NCBI RefSeq assembly: GCF_009914755.1
Contig: NC_060929.1
DNA: 64,000 nucleotides
Strand: one strand, 5' to 3'
Source of the DNA: the human T2T-CHM13v2.0 reference genome, Homo sapiens
Shown here one piece after another: positions 28,539 to 41,898 of this stretch. Within the stretch, counting starts at the first letter, position 1, and each line of letters starts with the position of its first letter. Below the pieces are notes generated by a model that had not been told where the DNA came from, made no database searches, and was given only the letters and a program-made list of their open reading frames with translations. A program made the translations under genes and the position numbers.

Positions 28539-29611
28539 AGCACACATTTAAAGGCTTACATTTTGGAAAAACAAAATTATCATTTTGTGGTTTATGAAAA
28601 AACAATCTCTGCCCTTAGGGGAAAACCTTAAGTTAATGATAAAGATGAGACCAGCATAGAACAAAGAAACAAACATCCTCAATGCTTAGCCAAGGTGTAG
28701 GCAAATCACAGGTAGCAGAGTCCTTATTTTATAGATCTCTTCTTTTTTTTGATAAGAAAAACATTTGAGAACAGAGAGAAGCCCTGCTGGGAAATAATAG
28801 CTCTCAATTCAGAATGTATAAAAACATTTAATTCCTGGGACTTGAAGATCAAAGGTTATTCTTTGTAGTGAAAGAAGAAGTGAAATAAAATTATTTAGTC
28901 TCATACCTATTGTTTTCCAAAATGTTTTCTCCAACTGAATTCATTTCTTTTTATTTTTATCCAAGCGATTTCCCTACAGCATATCCACTTGATGTTTCTC
29001 TGATGCGAATTTTTATTCATTTTCTCAAGGAATGAATGCCTTTCAGTTTATTACTTTTTCTTTTTTGTAGATACTAAAATTTTCACACTTGCTGAGATCT
29101 TTCTCTCCTCAGTTATTTTTGTTTGTAAGGGAATTTGTTTTCCTCTAATTTCTCTTGGGAGCTCTCTTCACCAGTAGGAATAGAAAATTGTGTGAAGGAA
29201 TAGAATTCTCTGGTTGTTCAATATAGTAAACTTGAAAGGGATATCCCAAATATATTTATGAAGTCCTCAAATTTTAGATGAAGCAGAGAATAAAATCCAA
29301 GGTAGTCTTATATCTTGGCTCTCTCAGGTAGGACATTTACTGTTCTTATTATTCAGTGAAAGCCAAAATGAAATTATGAGTGTCAGGTTCAGATATGTGG
29401 CTAAAAAAATCTATTTCTTGCTTTTATTCAAATATAATTAATATTTCCTGTGAAAATAACTATTAAAAAGCGAGTCCTATATTTTTTCACTATTTTTTTC
29501 TGTACTTGTTGAACTCAGACGATACAAGTAGAGTTACTAAACAAATGTTTTGCACATACAGTAAATGCATCATAAAAATATTGTTAGAATAGATCAGTCT
29601 TCCATATTTCA

Positions 29612-29742
29612 AGTAGCCGTTCTTTATTTCTTTACTTTCCTAATAACATTGCTTTCACTTTACAAACTCATCCTGATTCTTTCTTGCACAAGATACAAGA
29701 ACCCTTGCTTGGTGTCTGGATTGGGACGTCTTTCTGGTAACT
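29612..29742 (+). mobile_element. MER41 LTR, 3' ~130 bp only
   Basis: agtagccgttctttatttctttactttcctaataacattgctttcactttac...ggtgtctggattgggacgtctttctggtaac matches the MER41 end. Confidence 0.85.
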
Positions 29743-29994
29743 TCACTAGACAAAGTTGTCAATGTTCTCAAAATTTGACATGGCAAATCTTAAACATAAA
29801 AGGAATTCAATGCACTGCTGGCTTTATATACTGGATATTTGTTTTATTCTAGTACTGCACAGGAGCCTGGGGAACTAGAGTAAAAGCTTGGTCTAAAATA
29901 AGGCAAAATCCCCAACAGTCTCAGAGTGTTTAGTAAACAACTACTGCCTTGAGCATGCTTCCATTCTCCTGAATGACATAGCTACAAAATTTGG

Positions 29995-30260
29995 AAGCCA
30001 TCTGAAATGCATTATAAAAATATTGTTTGAATAGATCAGTCTTCCATATTTCATATTCAGATTTGGAGTACAATTGTATTAATAGGGCAAAATAAAAAGC
30101 CATCTGAAATGCATTATAAAAATATTGTTTGAATAGATCAGTCTTCCATATTTCATATTCAGATTTGGAGTACAATTGTATTAATAGGACAAAATAAAAA
30201 GCCATCTGAAATGCATTATAAATATTGTTTATACTCAGATTTGGAGTACAATTGTATTAA
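29995..30260. repeat. 102-bp tandem repeat, 2 full copies + 1 shorter copy
   Basis: Units start at 29995, 30097 and 30199. Units 1 and 2 differ at one base. Confidence 0.97.
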
Positions 30261-30304
30261 GCTGCCTGAACATTTACAATAGAGACGTATTTAATAAAAC
30301 GCTA

Positions 30305-30475
<171 letters not shown>

Positions 30476-32007
30476 CTATGACACCATAAATCAGTAATGG
30501 TTCTGGTAAACTGTTATATTACTTGCATATCATAATGCTACTGGTTTTAAATACATGGACACATGTACCATTATAACAGGTAAGGTCCTCTCATCCGCTT
30601 ATATTAGTTTGCCAACAATTATATTTTGTTCATTGTATTAGTCTTGGCTGTCATTTTATATTCCCTTTTGTCTGTGAGCTCTAGTTTTTTTAATTTAAAA
30701 TCTTTATGTATCTATTTTTCTAGTGATCCACTAGCAAAGTGTGAGCTGTAAAGTTTTTTAATAGAAAGTTGAAAGTTCAAACAACATAATAAATATAAAC
30801 ATGTATCCTTTCAAGAACTTTTAATCATTTATATTCTAAAGGCATTCTGTAATTTTTTTTTCTAGAGAGCATCTTAACAAATCAAGTATTTCAACTGAGT
30901 GCAGAAAGAAATATTAGAGCATACCAGGATCTCATTTTTATCTTCAAGAGTCTACTACTTGTGACCAATATATATTTTTAAAAATATATTTTATAATATT
31001 TGTAAGGATTGAAAGAAGAGGCATCTAAATTCAAAAAGGATGATAAGCTAGATAAAAATTGCCTTTTTTCTTCAATATGAGGAGATATAAATCTTCAGTT
31101 TGGATTCCAATAAACTTGTTACTGCTTCCAAATAAAATATTTCTCAAATAAGATTTAAACCTTGATAGGGCAAAATAAAAATTAAATGACATGGAACATA
31201 AACACGTTGATTTTATATATATTTATGTTATATATAACATTGTTGTAAAAATCATAATGATAGTGCATGTGAAATGCACATAGAACATGTATCCTTTCTT
31301 ATTTCTGACCTGTATTTTCTATGAAAAGCTTAAATGTAATTTTAAGTATGCTCATTTATTTCAGATTATGACAAATTAATCATTCAGTCTTCTGAACTAT
31401 TCACCTATAAAATCAAAAATATTTATACAGTATAATATCCCATTCTTGATACTTCATATATTTTTCTCATATCTTTCTATATATATGAAAGTCTCTGAAG
31501 ATATGAGCTCTATATTAATACTTATTTATATTTGTTCACTATTATTATTCAGAGCAAGACATTACTCAGGGTAAGTAGTTGGTAAAAAGTATTAGCTTTT
31601 ATAAATCTTATGTAAAGTATATTATAACCAACCAAACTCTTCCATGATTATTTTACTCTAAATACATTTTCCAAATAAGAGTCATTTCTGTTTTTACAGC
31701 TGATTTTAGTACATAAAAATAATTTAATGACTGAATGAGGATTCAGAAAAAAAATCACAACATATTTCTGAAAAGGTTAACAATCTACATTCCATTTTAA
31801 TGTTTTGATCTTTAGATTATTTTGTTGAACATAAATTAGAAGAATATAGAAAACACCTTGATACCTGGATTACCTTTGATAGCCTCTTGTATGAAATATT
31901 GAGGTCCTCAGATGGCCTCTACATGCTCCCCATGGATTATAAATGCAATTGCCTTTCTAAAGCATGCTACTACCTTTATCATTTCCCATTATGTTTTTAC
32001 TTTTTAA

Positions 32008-32385
<378 letters not shown>

Positions 32386-33229
32386 ACAATTTCTTTATTC
32401 TAGTACATTATTCTATACTGTGATAGCATAAAATCACAACAATCATATTTTCAACCCTAGAGATACAATTTAACTGACATATTTTGTTGTTATTAGGAAA
32501 AGTCAAAACAGTGAAATGAGAGTGAGAAAACCTTAGTTTGAATTTTTATAGGACCAACATCTAATCATAGAAACTTAGGCAACAGCTGAGCTTTATTTTC
32601 TATATTCATCACTTGATGATAGTAATTCCTAAGACAAATAGCATAATGTATAGGAATGCTATATTAAGTATAAACTGCTAATTATTTGCAGTTAATCTTA
32701 AATTTCTCTTTATAACCACAGGTTTCTTTTTTTTTTTTTTTTTTTAACCTTCCTCTCGTCTCATTCAGATTTTATTTCAAAATCCTTAAGCAAACCTCCA
32801 GGATCAAGGTCTGGCAAGAAGGTTTGCCCAAGTTGTATTTCTGAATATACTGAATCATCTCAGTATTCTCAAAATGGAATCTATTTTAAAAAACAAGCCA
32901 AGAAATCAGTGGATGATCATTGTGCAGCGTGTTGGGATCATACTATACCTATGCATTTGTCTTCCACAATTCATTCACTTGGCCTACCATGAAGCACCTG
33001 TGAGAAAGCTGTGGCTGAGCAGAAAAATTTGAAAGTCACAACTGGAACACACTTGGATTCATTAGATAGGCACTGGGTACATGACAATATGCCAATGAGG
33101 TAGAGATTTTATTTGAAAGAGTATTTAGTGATTTTATAATCAAAATGATACAGCCTCATTGTAAGTATATGAAAACCCATAAGAAAAAAAATCAAAATAT
33201 GTAGTGTTGAGTGTGCAAATGACAGTGCA

Positions 33230-33900
33230 GAAAAGCATGCATTTATGATTTGACACAATATATACTATAGGATTCCATTTGTATAAAATTCAACAACTAG
33301 CAAGATAAACTTATGGTGTTAGATAAATGATAGTGATTACTCTGATGAGGGGAGAATGGGAGGGCCTCTTGACTGTTGGTTATTCTTACTTATATTTATT
33401 CAGATTCTGGTTACATGGAGGTGTACAGTTTGTGAAAATATTTATCTTTATTCTAATTCACTCATTTTAACAGTATTTTATAATTTATGAAAATTAAACA
33501 GTGAGCAAACCATTTTATTTTTAGAGTGGAGAACACTTTCTGAATGAGACAAAAAAAAGATGAAAGTAAAGAATTGATTACTAATTATATCAAAATTCAA
33601 CATTCCAGTATAAAAATATACAGTAAAGAAAGAAAATAAAAAAAAAACCCTACAAGCTTATATTATTATCTGGAAAATATGTTTTCAGAATATATAAAAT
33701 AGAATCAATAGCTATAATATAAACATATTGTAAAACCAATAAAGAAAAAGAAATATACACAGGTAAATATGCAAATTCTATGAATAAACAATTCACAGAA
33801 GTAACCACCCAAATGCAAAAAATACATAAAAAAAAGAAAAATCTAAGTAACAACCAAAAAATAAAACTCCAAAACAGTAAGTTATGAAATTCTCTTTGGT
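33230..33900 (+). mobile_element. Old L1ME/MC fragments
   Basis: gattccatttgtataaaattc...gatagtgattac 3'UTR motif, followed by an ORF2-like A-rich tract. Confidence 0.55.
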
Positions 33901-34099
33901 GATGACATGGGTATAACTAAAATAACTATATAATTTTTTTCTTTTTTACATTTGATATATTTTGCAACAAATTACTAAAATAGATATGGCTCAAGTAATT
34001 TCATATGCATTTGAGTATATCCTAGATGAAAGTGATGATGCAAAAGGAATTTCATTTCTCCCATGATTTTCTTTTAAATTTGAATCTTTCTGACACTTC

Positions 34100-34323
34100 C
34101 AAGACCTTTAGCCAAGAGAAGACTTGACCCTTTCAAGAGTTTTCCTGATTAGATCAGTCCCATCGAGGATTATCTGTGTATCTTATGATCAACTGATTTA
34201 GAACCTTGATTGTATCTTCAAAAACTCCTTCATAGCTATACCTGGATTAATTTTTGAAAACATAAGTCTGTATGTATAAATCAGGGACAGGAAACTTGAT
34301 CATCTTAAAATTCTGTATACCGC
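34100..34323 (-). mobile_element. Old MLT1 LTR fragment
   Basis: tgattagatcagtccca...catcttaaaattctgtataccgca resembles an antisense MLT1 5' end. Confidence 0.5.
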
Positions 34324-34566
34324 AAAGTTTCTTTAAGCTAACTGCAACAACTGGAGCATCTATAGATCTTTTAATAATGTAGATTTTTATGCCCCTTTTC
34401 TTCATTTTTTGGCATATTGTGCATTTTCAGACCTGCTTAGTTATCTTTGATTGAATACTGTCAATGTAAACATTTATTTGAAAAGACAATAGTATAGGGG
34501 CAACAGATCATGATGTTATATCAAATAGTGCTAATGATTTTTCTGTTGCTCATTTTAATATAATCA

Positions 34567-34940
34567 GTTATATGGATTGAATTGTGTCCCCATCTCCCAA
34601 ATTTATATGGTTAAGCCCTAACCCCACAATGCCATGGTATTTGGAGATGGGGAATTTAAGAGATAACTAGGTTTAGATAAAATTATGAGGGTGGAGTCCT
34701 CAGTATAGGGTTATAAGAATAGACGTAAGAGAGCTTTTTCTATCTCTCTTCCTCAACTATGTAAGGACGTAGAGAAGGCTGCCATCCTCAAGCAAGGAAA
34801 AATTATCTCACCAGAAACCAATTATGCTGGTATGGTGATCTTAGACTTCTAGCTACAGAAATGTGAGAAAATTAGTTTCTGTTGTTTAAGCCCCCCAGTA
34901 TATGGTATTTAGTTATGGCAGCCAGACCCAAGAGCTAAGA
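34567..34940 (+). mobile_element. MLT1A0-like solo LTR
   Basis: tatggattgaattgtgtcccc...ggtatttggagatgggg...ttctgttgtttaagcc...ggtatttagttatggcagcc. Confidence 0.85.
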
Positions 34941-37180
34941 GCTACAGTGCCTCACTTGTAGTAACATTAGATGTAATCACACTACCTGGGTTCTCAAGAA
35001 GCACTCAAAGATTCAATGGAGGTGAAACACCAACATTACTTGGTTTTCATAATGGGTCTGCTAATCTTTTGGGTCAGTTAGTAATACAACAAATACATCT
35101 GATTATAATGTTTTCAACAAAACACATTATTTTACATTCACTTTTAGGTTTCATATAGGCCCAATTGTTGCAATGAACATAGATTTATCATTGTCTTTTA
35201 ATGTCATCATGTAACTCATTGATCTGTGTCCTTTTATTCAACTGTGGAGGTCCTGGCTTTTACCTTAAGGTGATTCTTCTTGAATATGAGACAATATTGA
35301 ACTTTTAGGCCCTAGTTTAATTTGATCACATTCTAAGAACCTTACTGATTCTATTCTAATTTTGCATTGTTATTGGATTTTTTACTGATGCATTTTGAAT
35401 ATCAGAGATACAGATTTTCATGGCATAATAGAATATATAGTAGGAGCAGGTTTTCCATAATTTCTACCTGAAATAAAATTGGCTACATAGCTCATATCTT
35501 GTCATTAACTGAGGATATCATTCCCTAATAGTACATTTTAGCTAATATTTAAATATTTCAGCTCAGTAATATTTAAGAAAAAATTATTTGGGTATATAAT
35601 TAAAAGAAATGTGTTCACAAACAGTATGAATTTTACATAAAATTATTCAATAGAAAAGTAGAGGAAACTATTCATTGAGATTCTAACAACAATATAAGTG
35701 TAATGGAGAATAATACTTGCTTTAATTTTTTTACCAAAAGTAATTTTAAGAAATGAATAAGAAATATTACTATAGAGAAAGGAAAAATGTGCAAGAAAGA
35801 AATGAATACATATTTTAAAAATGAATTACCACAGTTTTATTAGTACGAATTTCTTTATTTAATATTAGATTTCTGTCTTTTCTTCATTGGTAAAAAATAA
35901 AAGTTAACTTGTAGGCCACATCCTGTGAAATTGCATGAATATATTGTGAGCCAACAAAACTGATGCTGAGACATTCATATTAACAGAAAAATATAGTGAA
36001 TACCAGATTTTCATTGACAAATAATTTTAATATTTTTTGTTTCCTCACTGTGGTCTTAACATCTTTATTGGAAAATGGATTTTGTTCTTTGCATAACTTT
36101 TTTTTCTTTAAAAAAGATCTTTGTTTTTTGCATTGGCAAATGAATTTTAAAATTATTTAATGAAAGCAGTATTGACACATTTATCCTGTACTATATAATT
36201 TATGGAAGAATTAACATGCAACCAAATAAATTAGGTAAGGATCTGATTTTAGTTTCACAACAAATACTTTCAACAGAGAAGACCCTAATACTTACCTTAT
36301 AATGTACCTTATAGGCTGAAGTATACTAGAAAATGAATGAAAACAGAAATATAACCTGACTATTGACATTCATTAGTATGGAGGTAGTTATAAAGTCTAA
36401 CAAAGTTGTGAGACAATAAGAACATTTTTATAATATTTTTCTTAAACTGATTGCATGGACGTCATTTATGTTTATATCATTTCTTTTATAAATGTTCCAA
36501 AGAGGAAAAGTTTTTTTTATAATGCCTATCTTTACACAATGCATAACTTGTTAGATTTCACAGAGTGTGCTTCAGTTTTTCATTTTATGTAGTAAAGTCA
36601 AATGATTTGCCATTTATGACTATGTTCTACTCTTTGATTCCCTTAGCATATCTTAACATGTCTAGAGTCCTAGGCCACGGGGTGTGAGGAAGTTGCTAAA
36701 AGAAAGGGTGAGTAGGGGAAAAGTCACTTAAGGGATTTCATGTGGGTAATAACCATCCAAATCTGCTTAAAGTCATTTCATTTCAGCTGCTACAGCCCAC
36801 TAGGATTACTATTACATTAGGGCTTTGTTCTGCTTCTATAACATTGCAATTTAGATACTTTAAACATGTCATTTATTATTATTAATCTTAGGGGAATCAT
36901 TTATAAAATTGAATTAATTTCAAGTCTGTCTGTCTCCTAGAAGACATCCAAACATTTGATGTATTTTTAAATTATAAAACTATGTTAAAAATAGATGAAA
37001 TATATAATAGTGTATTATTTGGCAATTATACCCAATAGTCTTCATAAGTATCATGCTCCACACTACAAGAACTTATTTTTCTCACTCTACAAAATCCTAG
37101 GAAAACATTTATGACCATTAAAACATCTGCAAATAATGGTCATTTGGTCATTTGGCATTATCTTTGTCTAAAATGATTAA

Positions 37181-37546
<366 letters not shown>

Positions 37547-37643
37547 CCTCCTTTCTACACTATGCAGTTTCTTCTTCATGGAATACATTCTTTAATCTCC
37601 ATCCCTAGGAAATTGATTTCAAATAATTCTTAAATATTGCTAA

Positions 37644-38021
<378 letters not shown>

Positions 38022-38152
38022 TGCAATTTTAAAATATAGCAATTTGTATTTACCCATAGCTTAGAACCATGTTTAACCCCTTTTGGATATTTAGGAAACT
38101 TGTTGAACTAAACTGAACCCTAGTAAACTATAGCACTTCCTCATTAACGTAG

Positions 38153-38481
38153 TGTATTAGTCTGTTCTCATGCTGCTGATAAAGACACACCCAAGACTGA
38201 GTAATTATTAAAGAAAAAGAGGTTTAATGGACTCACAGTTCCACGTGGCTGGGGAGGCCTCAAATCATGGTGGCAGACAGAGAATGACAACCAAGCGAAA
38301 GGGGTTTCCCATTATAACACCATCAGGTCTCGTGAGACTTATTCACTCCCACGAGAACAGTATGGGGGAAATTGTCCCCATGATTCAATTATCTCTCACC
38401 AGGTTCCTCCCACAACACATGGGAATTATGGGAGCTACAATTCAAGATAGATTTGGACGGGGACACAGCCAAACCATATCA
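38153..38481 (-). mobile_element. THE1B solo LTR
   Basis: tgtattagtctgttctcatgctgctgataaagac...acacagccaaaccatatca; TSD CGTAG/TGTAG. Confidence 0.93.
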
Positions 38482-38502
38482 TGTAGCCAAAATGCAGCAT
38501 TT

Positions 38503-39431
38503 TGTAGGGGCCAGCCCTACAGGGTCTGTGGGTTTTTCTCCTCGTGTGCAGAGACGGGAGATCATAGAAATAGACACAAGACAAAGATATAGAAGAAAAG
38601 ACAGCTGGGCCCGGGGGACCACTACCACCAAGACGGGGAGACCGGTAGTAGCCCCGAATGCCTGGCTTCGCCGTTATTTATTAGATACAAGACAAAAGGG
38701 GCAGGGTAAGGAGTGTGAGTCATTTCCAATGATTGATAAGGTCACGTGAGTCATGTGTCCACGGGAGAGGGGGCCCTTCCCTGTTTGGCAGCCAAGGCGG
38801 AGAGGACAGCTTAGGCCATTATTCTATGCATTTCAAAGGCTTTTTTAGTACTTTCACTAATTCTGCTACTGCTTGAAGGCAGAACCAGATGTATAGGGTG
38901 GAACATGAAAGTGAAACAGGAGCGTGACCGCTGAAGCACAGCATCACAGTGAGACATTTAGGCCTCCCGATGGCTGTGGGCGGGCCTGACTGATGTCAGG
39001 CCTTCCACAGGAGGTGGTGGAGCAGAGTCTTCTCTAACTCCCCAGGAGAGAGGGAGACTCCCTTTCTTGGTCGGCTAAGTAACGGCTGCCTTCCCAGGCA
39101 CTGGCGTTACCGCTAGACCAAGGAGCCCTCTAGTGGCCCTATCCAGGCATGACAGAGGGCTCACACTCATCTTCTGGTCACTTCTCACCATGCCCCTTCA
39201 GCTCCTATCTCTGTATGGCCTGGTTTTTCCTAGGTTATAATTGTAGAGCAAGGATTATTATAATATTGGAATAAAGAGTAATGCTACAAACTGATGATTA
39301 ATAATATTCATATATAATCATATCTATATTTCTATTATAACTCTTCTTATTTTGTATATTTTCTTTATTATACTGGAACAGCTTGTGCCTTCAGTATCTT
39401 GCCTTGGCACCCGGGTGGCTTGCCGCCCACA
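38503..39431 (-). mobile_element. LTR13/LTR13A (HERV-K13/HML-4) solo LTR
   Basis: Minus strand starts TGTGGGCGGCAAGCCACCCGGGTGCCAAGGCAAGA; about 930 bp; flanking direct repeat CATTT. Confidence 0.85.
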
Positions 39432-40940
39432 CATTTCAAGGTCGATGGTACACAGAATAGATGACATTTTAACAATGGTGATTTTTTTTTCAATATTCCT
39501 GTCTTGAATGATGTGTGTGCATGTGTGGGTGTGCATGTGTGTGTGTAGACTTGAGTAGGAAGTATTTCTGAGGTATTTTGAAGACATACTTAAGGTTTGA
39601 ATTAGAGGTTATATTACTGAAATTTTTACCACCTTCTCATTCTCATTATCTAGCAGTTGAGTTTGTGTAAATAGGTCACTTAGGTTTAGAATCTCATTAA
39701 AAATCTTTCATACTGGGAGAAAAAGAATCATTGATGTGCTTTACGTTTTAAATATAACTTAAATTTCACAGAATTTTTCAAAACTTTGCAGAGAAAGGCA
39801 TAGCTCTGGTAATTATCTGTTACGTTTCACAGATTATCTGAAGGATGTAAAATGTATTTATTGACATTTAAAAAGTTACTCTTTTGGCATCATTATTTGC
39901 TAATGAGCTTGTTTTGGAATGTTTGCAAGCTTATGTGACAGGATGGCATTTTATTATATGAATAAGGTCAGCTGTGTTGCTCAGTCTATGAGAGAAAAAA
40001 GTCATCTTGAAAGGTGAAGCTATTAACTACATTTGACCAAAAACCTCCCTTATAATCAAGAAATGGCATCTTAAATTTATGTAGCTCCTGTAACCTATGA
40101 GATGGAGTCTTAGCAATTATCAGGCAATGTCAGGAGGTAGGTTGTGGATGGGGATCACACATCACCCATGTTAAAGGTTGTGTTCAAGCTAATTTTTGAA
40201 TGGCACCCTGGCTATAATTGTAGAGGCAAACAGACTTAGGAGAGGGAATGCAGAGGCCATTCTGTTTCCCTGTGGTTCTCATGCCTTCATCATCTGTCAT
40301 CATTAAAGATTTCTGGACTGCAATGATCAAGGGCTCTGTGGAATAATCACACGCTATTTTTAGGCACTTCAGATGCCAAATTGGGACTGGAATTTGGGTT
40401 ATTAAGGAAAAAGGAGGTTTTGGAAATGTTTGAATAAATCTCTGAAATGGTAAAATTTGTCTTTGACTAATCTTAGTCTTTCAACTGTAGAATAAATTGG
40501 AATGGAATAAATGTATTTAAAAAGAAGCGTCAGTCAGGGAAATTAAAATTTTAAAGTCCTTATATGTAAACATGTTCCTTTCTGCCAAATGCATTAGTTT
40601 TATTACAATAATTAGCAAATTTATTTAGTTGATTATTAAGATACCATATAAATGATATCATAATTACTATAACACTGTTAGGTGTATAAGAAGAAAGAAA
40701 GAATGTAGCATTTTCAAAGGTGATTCTAGGAAAGGATTATGATTTTAGCATAATATAACATTATCCTGTAAGAGATAACCAGATTTTGGGAAGTAGAGAT
40801 GTGAAGTGTTATAATTTATCTCCCAGTAATTAGAAGAGCCCAGTTGCATTTATCCATTTCTCTCTTGCCTGCTTTAAGAAGACAAAGATGATACACGGTC
40901 TATATAGAAGATAGACACAAGGAAATTCAGCCTCTATAAA

Positions 40941-41317
40941 TGTCTTAGTCCATTTGTGTTGCTATAACAACATACCACAGACTGGGTAATTTATAAAGAA
41001 CAAGAATTTATTTCTCACCCTTCTGGAGACCAAGCAGTGTAGGATCAATGTGCCAGCAGGTTTGTTGTCTGCTTACAAAATGGTGCCTTGAACACTAAAT
41101 CCTGTAGAGGGGAGGAGCACTGTGTCCTCATAGGACTGAAGGTGGAAAGGAAAAAGGGAGGAATTCCCTCTGCCAAGCCCTTTTATGAGGGACTCAATCA
41201 CCTTCATGAGGTACGTAACAAGCCCTCATGGACTTATCAGCTCTGAAAGGCCCCACCTCTTAATACCATCATATTGGCAGCACCTGAATTGTGGAGGTAC
41301 TGCCTCAAACTATAGCA
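40941..41317 (-). mobile_element. MST (MSTC/MSTD-like) solo LTR
   Basis: tgtcttagtccatttgtgttgctataacaacataccacagactgggtaatttataaag...caaactatagca. Confidence 0.85.
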
Positions 41318-41602
41318 ACAGGTAGGACTAATTACCTCTGACCAGCTTCCCTTTTCTTGTCAGTGACGTACATGAATTACAACTTGGCTCAGCTGACATA
41401 AGAATCAAGGCTAGGCTAAGAGAGAGAGAAAAGATAGTCCATGCTAATGTGGCCTATTTGAGTGCACATGAAACATTGCTGGGAGCAATGTTGCAGATTA
41501 TAGATTATCAGACTGCAGACTTCCCAAACTCGGTCATCTAATTCTTTGCTCATGTTTTCCTCACAAAAGGGTCCATTTGGCAGGTAAAGAATTGTAACAC
41601 AA

Positions 41603-41898
41603 GGCCGGGCGCGGTGGCTCACGCCTGTAATCCCAGCACTTTGGGAGGCTGAGGCCGGTGGATCACGAGGTTAGGAGTTCGATACCAGCCTGGCCATCAT
41701 GGTGAAACCCCGTCTCTACTAAAAATACAAAAATTAGTAGGGTGTGGTAGCAAGCGCCTGTAATCCAGCTACTCAGGAGGCTGAGGCAGGAGAATTGCTT
41801 GAAACCGGAAGGCGGAGGTTTCAGTGAGCGGAGATTGCTCCACTGCATTCCAGCCTGGGCAACAAGAGTGAAACTCTGTCTCAAACAAACAAACAAAA
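41603..41898 (+). mobile_element. AluS (Sq/Sg-like)
   Basis: 16-bp TSD AAAGAATTGTAACACA (41586-41601, 41899-41914). Confidence 0.95.

Noticed and set aside
29930-30205. 91-aa ORF with an internal peptide repeat
   Set aside because: Artefact of the 102-bp (multiple of 3) duplication.
29995-30260. Possible CRISPR-like array (also the repeats at 13816 and 28434)
   Set aside because: No unique spacers, no cas genes, primate DNA.
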